From: Octopus sinensis
Lineage: Eukaryota
Assembly: GCF_006345805.1 (NCBI RefSeq)
Contig: NC_043000.1
Span: 75,144,001 to 75,208,000 of the forward strand
Direction: 5' to 3'
DNA length: 64,000 nucleotides
Made by a program: the position numbers and the translations under genes. Below are positions 1 through 10,852 of this stretch, in pieces (position 1 is the stretch's first letter; each line of letters starts with the position of its first letter). Under the pieces are notes generated by a model that made no database searches, was not told where the DNA came from, and saw nothing but the letters and a program-made list of their open reading frames with translations.

Positions 1-370
1 TCATTCGAACCAGGGGCTATACTTAACTCCAGAATGGAGATTCTTGGGCCATGCTTGCACTTTAGGAGATTTCTACTGGCCTTTTGGGAACTGCTAGAAG
101 GTGATAGCTAACAGGAGAGGGAGATAATCCCCTATTATTTACCCTCAGCTGAATGATGGCATTATGGTTGGAAGCTATTGGCGAAAGGAGATTTCAGACT
201 TTCCCTTCCATATTTTAAAGAGGTCATAGGTCATCAAGTTTTGGAGTCTGATGATATGCCATAAAATTAAACCCTTTATGGACAGGAAACCCAGGATAAC
301 CCCAAAAATCGGCCTTCACCAGGAAAAATATAGACCACTCTACTTCTTAGAGTGTGCTTCGCTGGATTTA
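1..370 (+). mobile_element. 3' end of a Naiad-type Penelope-like element (GIY-YIG C-terminus plus 3'UTR), cut by window edge
   Basis: Frame 1 of 1-111 reads SFEPGAILNSRMEILGPCLHFRRFLL...*, the same LN-x3-E-x4-C-x-H spacing as the C-termini of the two other Naiad-type ORFs here (LNNHIEVGQVCVH; INKRSEFKPSCIH); a decayed HHR-like motif follows at 243-303. Confidence 0.55.
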
Positions 371-371
371 T

Positions 372-712
372 ATTTTTCTAAAAACGATATATATACCTCC
401 TCCAGGCATTTGATGTAAGCCTCTGTGTTCAGTCTGAGACCATGTGGGAATATGAATGGAAGCATAACATTGCCATTGCTAGTGATCACTCCAAACACCA
501 TGATGTTGGCTGGATGTTTGATTTTTATCACTCTCGGTACATATTTTGGGGACATGGCAAGTCAGTGATTCTGTGCATTCACCATCTGTTTTTATTGGAG
601 CGTCCGGCACGAATGCCAACCAGTAAGGCATCTCATTTCCAAATTTCTGGCAGAGTAAATTGTGTCATGGTACTGTTTTTCGCACAGATGGTGCTCAACT
701 GACCCTAGTATA
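372..712 (-). mobile_element. Tc1/mariner transposon remnant (internally deleted)
   Basis: ORF 340-555(-) contains KHPANIMVFGVITSNGNVMLPFIFPHGLRLNTEAYIKCLEEV, typical of the Tc1/mariner DDE region (KHP.SVMVWG...G..PL.F...N...Y); truncated at a short TA run; second TIR not seen. Confidence 0.7.
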
Positions 713-1105
713 CTGTGTAATTAACAAAATCAAAAACAGACAATGCACATGTGTAAAATTAAAACTATGAAATGGTGACAATTTACCCATCACATCCTGT
801 ATATATGCTGAAGAAATGATTAAATGCAAGTTTGTTTTCTCCATACATTTCAGTTGTGTTTATTTTCAAATTTTTAACCTTTGCACTAAATGTTCCAAGT
901 GCAATTGGTTACTGAACACCACAGTATATCATCAAGACAACACTTTATTGCATTATTTTATATATGTTCAGTAACACTATTAAGTATAGTAGTAACCACA
1001 CCACTGTACTGGAAGCAGATTGGATGCTGATATTATGAATGGATTTTGAAACTCAACAGTAGCAGTTGTGCATCTAACTGTACACACAATATATACATAT
1101 GTGTA

Positions 1106-1140
<35 letters not shown>

Positions 1141-1505
1141 GGAGAATTCACAAAAAAACAAAAGACGAACTCAGGTGGTGTAGACAACAGATGTATTAGT
1201 TTAATGCTCGGGAAGTGAAAAAGTGAAAGAAACGGAGAGAAAATACAGTGTAGTGGCTAGCGATCTATCATGGTGAATGAATGCCGGACAAAAGGGTCAC
1301 ACAGGAGAGCTAGGAAGAAGGGAAGATAATAAAGTAGTGGTGATCCCAAAATGAAGGTGCACGTGCATGTGTATATGAGAGCATATATGGGTGTGTGGAT
1401 GATGGTGTGGGTGCTGGGAAGTAGTCAGTGCTAGTGTGTGCATGGTGGTGTGGTGTGGAGGGACAGGTGAGAGTGGGGAAAGCAAGGGTGGGTTGTGGGT
1501 TAGGC
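1141..1505 (-). mobile_element. Degraded 3' end of a Neptune-type Penelope-like element
   Basis: 1141-1290 aligns by eye to the reverse complement of the 3' end of the PLE at 26100-26331 (caaaagacgaa..caggtgg; tgtattagt; gctc.ggaa); abuts (TA)n. Confidence 0.45.
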
Positions 1506-2596
1506 TGATATATATATATGTATGTATAATTATTTTCTTGTTAATTAATGATTCCTATTAATATAAATATTCCCCCACTACATGTCTACTATTACATGTC
1601 TTAAAAAAGAAACAAAAATCTCATTGTTTTGGGCGAATGATTCAACCATTATGAAACCAAAGATTTTTTACTGTTGTCTCTGAAGGCAGCTGTGCACCTT
1701 ACCAATCCACCCATCCCACTTTATATGACACATTCACTTGCATTCTTTTATTTATTCTGATCTCCCACCCAAAGAATATTCATCCTAATAATTTCCATGA
1801 CTTTTGTTTCGGGTGAACTTCTACTTAGAAGGAAATTCCATTTATGCATGTATGCATACATTTACACCGAGAAAAATCATTTAACATTGTCTTTACATTT
1901 GGATGTTTATCATTAAAAAATGTTTTGAAACCTAGAATTGTTTCTTCTTTTATTAATTTCAGTCAGTGTGCTATGACCATGCTCAGGCACTGTCTTTGGG
2001 TGTCTTTCATTGACCCTATCAATATTAGAGATAATTTCAAACATAGGGCAGGGTCTCATTTTAACGATGCCTGTTCATTGAAAGTAACCTTTGATAGCCT
2101 AGTATACTAGAGCAGTAAACATGTAAATGAACACACACACATACACACAAACACATCTTGCGGGCTTCTTCATAGAATCATTCTCCCAATTTGACTCACA
2201 TGACATTGATCAACCTAAGACTACAGTAAAAGACACTTACCCAATATACCACACAGCAGAATTGAACCCAGAAACCCATGGGTGTGAAGCAAATTTTTCA
2301 ACCACAAAGCTATCCTTTATATATATTTTTATCAAAATTCTTTTGTTTAAAAGAAAAAGATCAAAGCCTTTTAATTTTTTCTTCTTTATTATGAAAATGT
2401 CCTGTGTAAGTTATCTGGCATTAATATTGACTGGGGTTGGAAGTTTCTGGTACAAGAAAATTAAAGAGGATAAGTTCAGCTATGAATATTATCTTCGTCA
2501 CATATTCTACTGGAACTTGTAAATTATAACATGTTTCATGTACTAACAAAATTTGTAAATAATTTCAATATTCATTTCATCCAGTATTGTTTAAAG

Positions 2597-4090
2597 CAGT
2601 GATTCCCAATGTGGTCCCTGGAACCTACCAGTGGTCCCCAGAGAATTCGTAACCGTAAAAAATTGAAGCCATTTCAGATCTACACAATATTATTTGATAA
2701 TAAAGACACTGTTAGTTAATAATAATTTATATGAAGACAGAATAATAATAAGAAAACAAAATTCAATAATTATTCCATAAGAATCAATAATGTATAATAT
2801 ATAATCAATAATATATTACAATCAAGAATTACATAATTTAAATTTTATAATCACAACAGTTTCATAATAAATTCGATATTTTTAATAGATCACTACATAA
2901 TATTGTTTAATAATAAATTTGATACTTTAAATTTATAGAAATAAAATATTTATTATTTTTATTTTTTTTATGATCAGTTGTAATAATATCTGAACCAACT
3001 GCTAAAAAGGCAAAACTGAAGAAATGCAAAGAAGATTTTATCGTGTTTGGTTTTGTATCTGTGGACTCAAAAGCTATGTATCTTGAATGTAATGCCATCA
3101 TGACAAATTATCCCATGAAGAAAGTTAAGCTGGAGCAGCACCAGAAATTAAGGCATCCATCATCTATTGGTAAAGGTCGGGAATATTTTGAGAATAAAAA
3201 GAAAATACAGCTAATCAAACTACCTGACTTTGTAAAGAAGATAAATATTGAAAAAGTAAAGATACTCAAACCAAGTTATTTGGTTTCTGAAATTATTGCC
3301 AAGGTTGCAGCACCTCAGATTTAAGGGTAGAATCTTGTCAAGCCTGCTATGATAGCTTGTGCAAATGAGGTTCTGGGAAAAGATGCTGAACCTACTCTGA
3401 GTACAATTCCACTTTCAAATAATACAATTACAAGAAGACAGGATGAAATGTCTAATTTTGTTGAGGAGAAAGAAGACTGTGGAAATTCTCCAAACGACCA
3501 ATTTTTCTATCCAGGTTGATGATAGCACAATTCATAACCAAGTTTTTTTTTGAAACAACTAATGAGGAAGATATATTCAATGAATTAATGCAGTATTTTA
3601 ATGATAAAAATATTCCATCGACTAATTTGATCCACACTGCATCAGATGGAGCTGCAAGTGAAAGGCTTTGTTTCTAGAATGAAATCAGTTGCTCCTCACA
3701 TTTTAAATATATGTTGCATTATCCACAGACAGCATGTGGTTGCTAAGAATATTGGAGGACACATGGAAAATGCACTCAACACTTCCATACATACAAATAA
3801 CATTGTCAAATCAAACTCTGTGAATAATAGATTTTTTATGCAATTCTGTGAAGATGATTTTAAAACCCTATTGCATCACACAGAAGTAAGATGGGTCAAA
3901 AGGCATGAGCCTTGAAAGACTAGTGAATTTGTGGGAGCCATTAATCCACTTTTTCATGTGCAAGAGTCAGATAACTCATTACAACTCCAAGACAAACTGA
4001 TACAGCTAAGAAAATTTGGGAAAGACTTTCTGAGTTTAAAAAAAAAATTATACTTGAGTGATATTTTTAAAACAGTGAATCTGCTTAACT
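2597..4090 (+). mobile_element. Degraded hAT transposon, Charlie/Buster (ZBED8/SCAND3-like) transposase pseudogene
   Basis: Starts with CAGTGATTCCCAA (hAT-Charlie-type TIR); fragments FGF..BED-finger-like (3043-3324), TIPLSNNTITRRQDEMS (~3400-3455), CIIHRQH and LLHHTEVRW (3646-3915); multiple stops/frameshifts, right TIR not found. Confidence 0.85.
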
Positions 4091-4143
4091 GCAAGGTAGA
4101 AAATTAGATTTGGTCACCTGTATACTGCTAGTATACATATATA

Positions 4144-4643
4144 CTAGCAGTAAAACCCATTGTTGATCAGGTAATTACTTTGACTGTTTATCGAGAGCCA
4201 CATTTAAAGTATTATATGTATAATTTACTTCTCCTGTATGTGTGTATCTTTATAAGAGAAAACCATGTAATAATTGAAGTAGAAGAAAGATTAATATCGT
4301 ACATGAACTTGTGTTTGTTTATTATAGCTAAGGCGGTGATAGAAAGCTAATGTGTGCATGAATGCGATGCGATCTCTGCCCAGTATGCCGAAGTGAAGAA
4401 TGCATTAAGTAAATAAAAAGCAAGCAATTATTAGAGAGCAATAGCCGCCTTAGCTGCGTGCATAAATGCGATGCGTCCGTGTGTTACGTACGCTACCGGA
4501 CACACACTCGCGGGCGATATCGCCGCCGAGATGACAGCTTTTCGATCGATCGCATCGCCGGCTGCCAACTCTTTGCTCGCTCCAAACGCTATTGCTCTCT
4601 ACTACAAATCGCTTGTCTGCACCCAACTTTATTACTAATATAA
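4144..4643 (-). mobile_element. Non-autonomous Helitron-like element (degenerate)
   Basis: Begins actagcagtaaaaccc (reverse complement of the CTAG 3' terminus shared with 27322 and 28999); other end reads ttatattagtaataaag on minus, like a Helitron 5' end. Confidence 0.45.
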
Positions 4644-7600
4644 TCATCGTCGTTGTCGTCATCGTCATCATCATCAATTAACGTCCGTTTTCCATGATGG
4701 CATGGGTTGGACAGTTTGACTGAAGTCTTGGAGAGCCAGCTGCTGCAACAGGCTCCAATCTAGTCTAGCATAATTTCTACATCTAAATGCCCTTCCTAAC
4801 GCCAACTATTCTGAGGGTGTAGTGGGTGCTCTTTATGTCTCATCAGCACAGGAGCCAGCTAGCGGGTCACCAGCCCCCAGCTACGGTATTGGTTTTACTT
4901 GACTCAAGCATACTGCAAGCTTACGCATGTCCTTGGCATTCATGGCCCATGTTTCACTACCGTATAGCATGGCAGTTCACACACATGCATCATACAGTCC
5001 ACCTTTCCCCCTGAGTGAGGGGCATTTAGCTGTCAGCAGAGGTAGGAGCTCCCTGAATTTGCCCAGGCTATTATTACTCTAGTTGCTACACTCGCAGAGC
5101 AATCACTCCCACTACATACTTGGTTGCCTAGGTAGTAGAAAGTATTTACTACTTCTAGTTTCTTCCCCAGGCATGTAATGGAAGCTGTTTTCTGAACACC
5201 TTCAGTGTTTATTGCCCCCCTGCATCTGCCACACACAAGAAATAATTTTCCCAGTTAACCTTCCTTTGATATTGCTGCACCTTTTATGTGTCCATAGCTT
5301 ACACCGGGTGCGTCGTATGGAGTTTCTACCAATGCCTTTTCTACAGAGGAGTTTGTGATTTGACAGCCTGCACACTAACTAAAACTTTGGTTTTGGCTAG
5401 GTTAACCCTAAGGCCATTCAATTCTAGACTTTGCTTCCACGCCCTAACCATTGGCTCCAGTTCTGGCAGTGACTCTGCTATTAGTGCAAGGTCATCAGCA
5501 GCCTGTCTTGAATTCCTCTGTTATTGCCTGGAGGACTATAATGAATAAGAGGGGGCTGAGGACTGATCTTAGTTTGACCCTTACCCCTACCCGATATTCT
5601 TCATTGTACTCGTTGCCAACCATCACCTTATTGTACATGGCTTGTACAGCTCTCAATAAACATTCATCCATCCCTAGTCTCCTCATTGACCACCAGATAG
5701 GGGATCGGGGGACCCTGTCAATGAAAGCCAGGTACAGAGTTTTATCTTGGACTAGCTATTTCTCCTGCATCTGTCTTATCAGAAATATAGCATCAGTGGT
5801 GCTTTCCCCTGGCACGAACTGAAACTGCATCTCATCTAGACTACCTCTCTCCCTAATTACTTGGGCTATGACCCTCTCCGTGACCTTCATTACCTGATCC
5901 AACAACTGATACCTCTGTAATTATTTGTATCTAATGCGTCACCTTTACCTTTGTTAGCAGTTGACTATGGTGCTGCTATACCAGTCATTGGGTATGACTC
6001 CTTCATGTATCACCTGGTTGACTAGGCTATAGCCGACACCGCTAGATAGTTTGAGCATCTCTGTGGTGATTCCTGATTGTCCGGGTGCTTTCCCTGTCTT
6101 CATACCCTTAATTGCTTTACCTACCAAGGCACTGTCAATTTAGATAGATAGCTGGTCCCTCTGTTGGGCCGGCATTTGGCAGACTCTCTTTCTCACATTC
6201 ATTCACTTTATTTAGCAAACTTTCATAATGGCGTCTCCAAACCTGTCTCTTTGCGGCTTCGTTTGAAGCAAGTGAACCGTCACCCATGAGGACACATTTC
6301 TCTCTTAGGACATCGTGAATCTCTCTCACACACTGTCTGGCAACAGGAAATTACTTCAAGTCTTTGGTCATCACAGCGCAGAACATTGGCAAATTTTTCC
6401 TTATCTGCTTCCCCTCTGGCCAAATAAACCTATCTCCTAGCTTCCCTTTTGGCAGTCTGATACAATTCCCTGCTATCACCGGTCTTCCAGTCCTTCAAAG
6501 CCTGTTTCTTTTCCTTACTAGCCCTGTCAACAACATTGTTCCACCACCACGTTACCTTGGGTTGAGAGGAGACTTTGCACCATCCACAGATCTGGTCACT
6601 AGCCCTCAAAAGATTGTCCTGTAGAAAACTCCAGTTGTCTTCCACAGCTTTGAGTAATATGTCTCTCAATCTCTTTTTGCAGGATCCTTAAGCTTCCAGA
6701 CCCTTCTCCACCATTCTGGTCGTCTTCTGGGCATCCATTTAGCCCTGATCCTGAAGTCGCTAACTACTAATCTATATTGTGGGGTACATTCTTCACCTGG
6801 GAAGGTTTGGGCATTTACAAGTAGTCGTCTTTCCTGTTTCCTAGTGAGGATGTAGTAAATTTGACTAGTGTGTCTACCAGATTGGTAGGTGACTAAATGG
6901 CCCTGAATATGCTAATCGATTACCATTTAGTAATTATGATACTTCTACAATTGAAGATAATTTTAATAAATAATTAATTTATGTATTGTGGCATTTGATA
7001 CTTGTCAATTGTCTACATTGTTCACATAATGTAGGCAGAGGTGGTTTCCAGCAGTAAGAGAAGCTTAAGAATAAATAAATGGAAATTTGTCGGCAGAACA
7101 AAGTTAGTAACCTTAAGTCACCTCTTACACTCTCAGTGTTGTGATGAGAGCCAAGGTACCCTCTTGTGAGGAATGGACTGAATTGAGAGTGTATATAGTT
7201 TGTGTTATTTCATAGTGAAGTTCGAGAGTGTGGGTTGGTTTGTTCATTTGGAATATTTGTTGGTTCTTGAGAGATAGTTATGTTGTTATTGCTGCTGCAT
7301 TATCTTATTTTATCACACTGGTACCACATATTTCAGACCATTATCGCAATAGTGGTGATACTACTATATTGGATGCAAACCATGTTACAGCATCTGGCGA
7401 CAAAAGGCTCGAAGATCACGTAGCATGTAATTCACCTGCAAACTAAGCATTAAATTCTTTCTTACCAGATTGTCAGTCTTCTGAAATTCCCTTGTCCATG
7501 TTATTTTCTCGGCAGCCATCCACACATTTTATTCAAGATCAACTACGTCAATCTTACCAGTTTTGAAGGCACACCTCTTGTCTCAGAAGGAATGAAAAAG

Positions 7601-8227
7601 GCAAGGATACAGCCCCCTTTATCCAGCCAAATTGTTCAAATAAAATATGGGAAAAAAAACCCTAACACCCACTACTATTCCTGTGAATTAGTAAGCTGTA
7701 AACTATATCAAACTGAGCCCACATCATCTTTAACATGTCTCACAGCTAGAACCTTTTACTAAATATTTTATCCAATCATTTATCTTCAGAATGGCAGCTT
7801 CTACATGGAATCACATTCTCATCAGACATTAATTTACACAAGTTGAAAAAAGACATCATCTACATTCACATTAACAGTTTAGGAAAGCCTGCAGATGTTC
7901 TCTTGCTCGCACTTTATATTAATACAAATAAGAATTTCTAACAAAGGTACATAGCCAAAAATTTTATAGGAGGAAATAATGTCAACTATATTGACCCACT
8001 TCTTATCTAGTGTTTTATTTCATTGCCCACAAAAAAAGAGAAATGTGAAGTGTGTTGACAATGCTAACTAACCCTTTCAGGACTTAAATTCTGATAGGTA
8101 AACTGTTTCATTAAATCTCTAGTGCCAGTTAAGCATACAGTAAAAGTGGCCATTTACAATTTAGTATGCTATCTGTTGCCAATTCTAGACCATAGCTCTA
8201 ACCCTAACATAAACCATAACAAGGCAT
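4223..8227. repeat. Left arm of ~4-kb inverted duplication (partner 18795-22411)
   Basis: Continuous reverse-complement match incl. Helitron part, RTE fragment and ~1.3 kb of non-TE-like sequence; e.g. 72-aa ORFs 7228-7446(+) and 19577-19795(-) are near identical. Confidence 0.95.
4644..6905 (-). mobile_element. RTE-clade LINE, 5'-truncated and degraded
   Basis: (GAT)n-type tail at 4644-4676; RT fragments MRRLGMDECLLRAVQAMY, SVLSPLLFIIVLQAITEEFKTGC, ADD; endonuclease C-terminal remnant (PGEECTPQHRLVVSDF) near 6750-6810. Confidence 0.92.
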
Positions 8228-8494
8228 GCACACAATAAAAACAGAAACAAAACCAAATAAAGAGTAAATTAATTTTAATGCAGGATATTACAATTTGTGA
8301 TGCAAATGCAAAGTACACAAGAATTATGCAACAGGTGTGTATCCCACCACCTGTTTTCAGCGTAACAAAAATCCTAATCCTAAACCCTAACCCCAAACAC
8401 CAGGTGTACGTATTCTTTACTTTCACCTTTATATATATATATATATCGTCCGTAAACATAAATCCGAAAAAAGAAGCCCACTCTAAGTTATAGA

Positions 8495-9208
8495 ACAGTA
8501 TATATTAAAGTTAGATAAGGCCGATTTATGGGATTGCCTTGGGTTTCACGTCCGTTCCCTACAAATATATAACATACTCGAGATGTTTTCAGGTTTATCA
8601 AGTTCAAAATGTTTATATGTTTATCAAGTTCAAAATATGCCAGTTACAGGTGGGTCGATAAAACGAGTACAAGTTATGAGCTGGAAATCTACAGCAACAG
8701 GAATTGGCCTATGCCAGAGGAATAATGAACCAATGTTAATATAAGTGCCCTCAATTATCCTGTTAGTTTACAAAGCAAATGATTCGGATGTGCACGAATA
8801 AAATTTTATCAAAGTAAATGATACGAGTCCACGTGTATAAAATATTAAGAACATGTGGATACATGCGAAGAAAATAAAACAATATTCACATCAGTTTAGT
8901 TATTTCGTGTTGCATATACGTTCGTTACCCACATTGTTTACAGTTTTCAAACGAACGTTACTACGTCACAAAATAGCTTTCTACGTCACACTAAGATAAT
9001 GCAGTAAATTATTTCAAATGAAAACAAACAATATGATTGGTTAAAATTCGCAGATTTAATCTACGTTTAAACTCATAAAATAGATTTTTCTCAAATAAAC
9101 AAGTTGGAGTTAGTGTTTTCTTTTGAGACACTCTACCAGTATACGAAGTTTCAAATTATTTAGTTAACTAGAAAAATCTTCCCTCAGGCTTCGAAACTGA
9201 AAAGATCC
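8495..9208 (-). repeat. Interspersed non-coding repeat (possible Helentron/DINE-like element), related to 17010-17580
   Basis: Shares ggatcttttcagttt..ctagttaactaaa.aatttgaaacttcgtatactggtaga and tgtgacgta..agctattttgtgacgta with 17020-17250 in opposite orientation; class assignment is a guess. Confidence 0.4.
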
Positions 9209-9893
9209 AATTTGGGAGAATTAAACAAGTCCTGGGAGAGTGGAATAACGAAAGGATAACCTTGAAATAAAAGAGGAATAGAAAAATGCATGATCTTAAG
9301 ACAGACAGGAAGCTACCGGTGCCATGTTTACAAAATAGAGAAATAGATAATAATAGAGAACGAAAGGGATGGGGTTAGGGTTACGAATCTACGCATAAAC
9401 AGGAATGGACGAGGTTGAAAGTTAAAATTGCTTAACTGCTCATTTTCTGAAATCCGCGTATTATCAGCAAAGGAGACGAAAATCAAGTAGAGGAAAGAAG
9501 CAGAGCATACGCAAGTTATATAGAGTTAGGGATTAGGGGGGTGTATTAGGTGGTAAATCGAAGAGAGAGAGAGAGAGGGAGGGACAAACACGAGGGAGAA
9601 GAGTATTCGTAGGGAATTCTCTGCAACAAAAATTACTGAAACAGCAAATGCCGAAAGTTGAGATCTTTGGGATTTGAGGAAAACATAATTTAAATTAGAG
9701 AGAGAGAGTGAGTCAGAGAGGGGGGGGCAGAGCTTTAGGTGGTCAGGCGTTAAGTAAATATGACACGAGGAAGAAAGAGTTTTTTCTGTAGGGAATTTGG
9801 GAGAATTAAACAAGTCCTGGGAGAGTGGAATAACGAAAGGATAACCTTGAAATAAAAGAGGAAGAGAAAAATGCATGATCTTAAGACAGACAG
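9209..9893 (+). repeat. 100-bp direct repeat pair (9209-9308 and 9794-9893)
   Basis: aatttgggagaattaaacaagtcc...ttaagacagacag occurs twice, one mismatch, 585 bp apart. Confidence 0.9.
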
Positions 9894-10384
<491 letters not shown>

Positions 10385-10415
10385 TACGAGAAAGAAGCAA
10401 CAAGAATGGATTAGT

Positions 10416-10506
10416 TTTTAGTACAATTGTTTCATACAAAGACAGGCTTTATTAAAAGTTGCAAAAATTGCAGCAGATAAAAGTGTCCCGTACTCATCAG
10501 CTAAAA
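10416..10506 (-). ncRNA. Type I hammerhead ribozyme (inverted copy)
   Basis: Exact reverse complement of the HHR at 14254-14344. Confidence 0.85.
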
Positions 10507-10852
10507 TACATATGAGTTCTCCAAACATCTTAGTGGGTGAGGCTATACTCATGAAGTATTGGAGATAATTTCATTAAAAGCAGATTTAGGTTGTAAACAG
10601 ATCTCCGAAGTTCTTTAATGATGATGCACAGTCTTATCACAGGTTATTAAAAAAAGCTTATTAGCTTCACAGAGAAGTTGAATTAATCCGTAGTGTAGAA
10701 GGAAGAATTTCATACTCACAGACGATGAATTTATCCATGGTTAATCCACAATGAGGTGGGTATCATTTCATGCTATATGATAAGGTATTTGCCACATTAC
10801 TGTTCTCTTCACAAGACTGCTAAGTTATGACTTCTAAAGGCTGAAGGAATTT

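Noticed and set aside
4840-5510. CTGATGA matches on minus strand (4845, ~5500) and in other LINE copies
   Set aside because: Part of RTE 3'UTR or the YADD codons; no matching GAAAC/helix structure.
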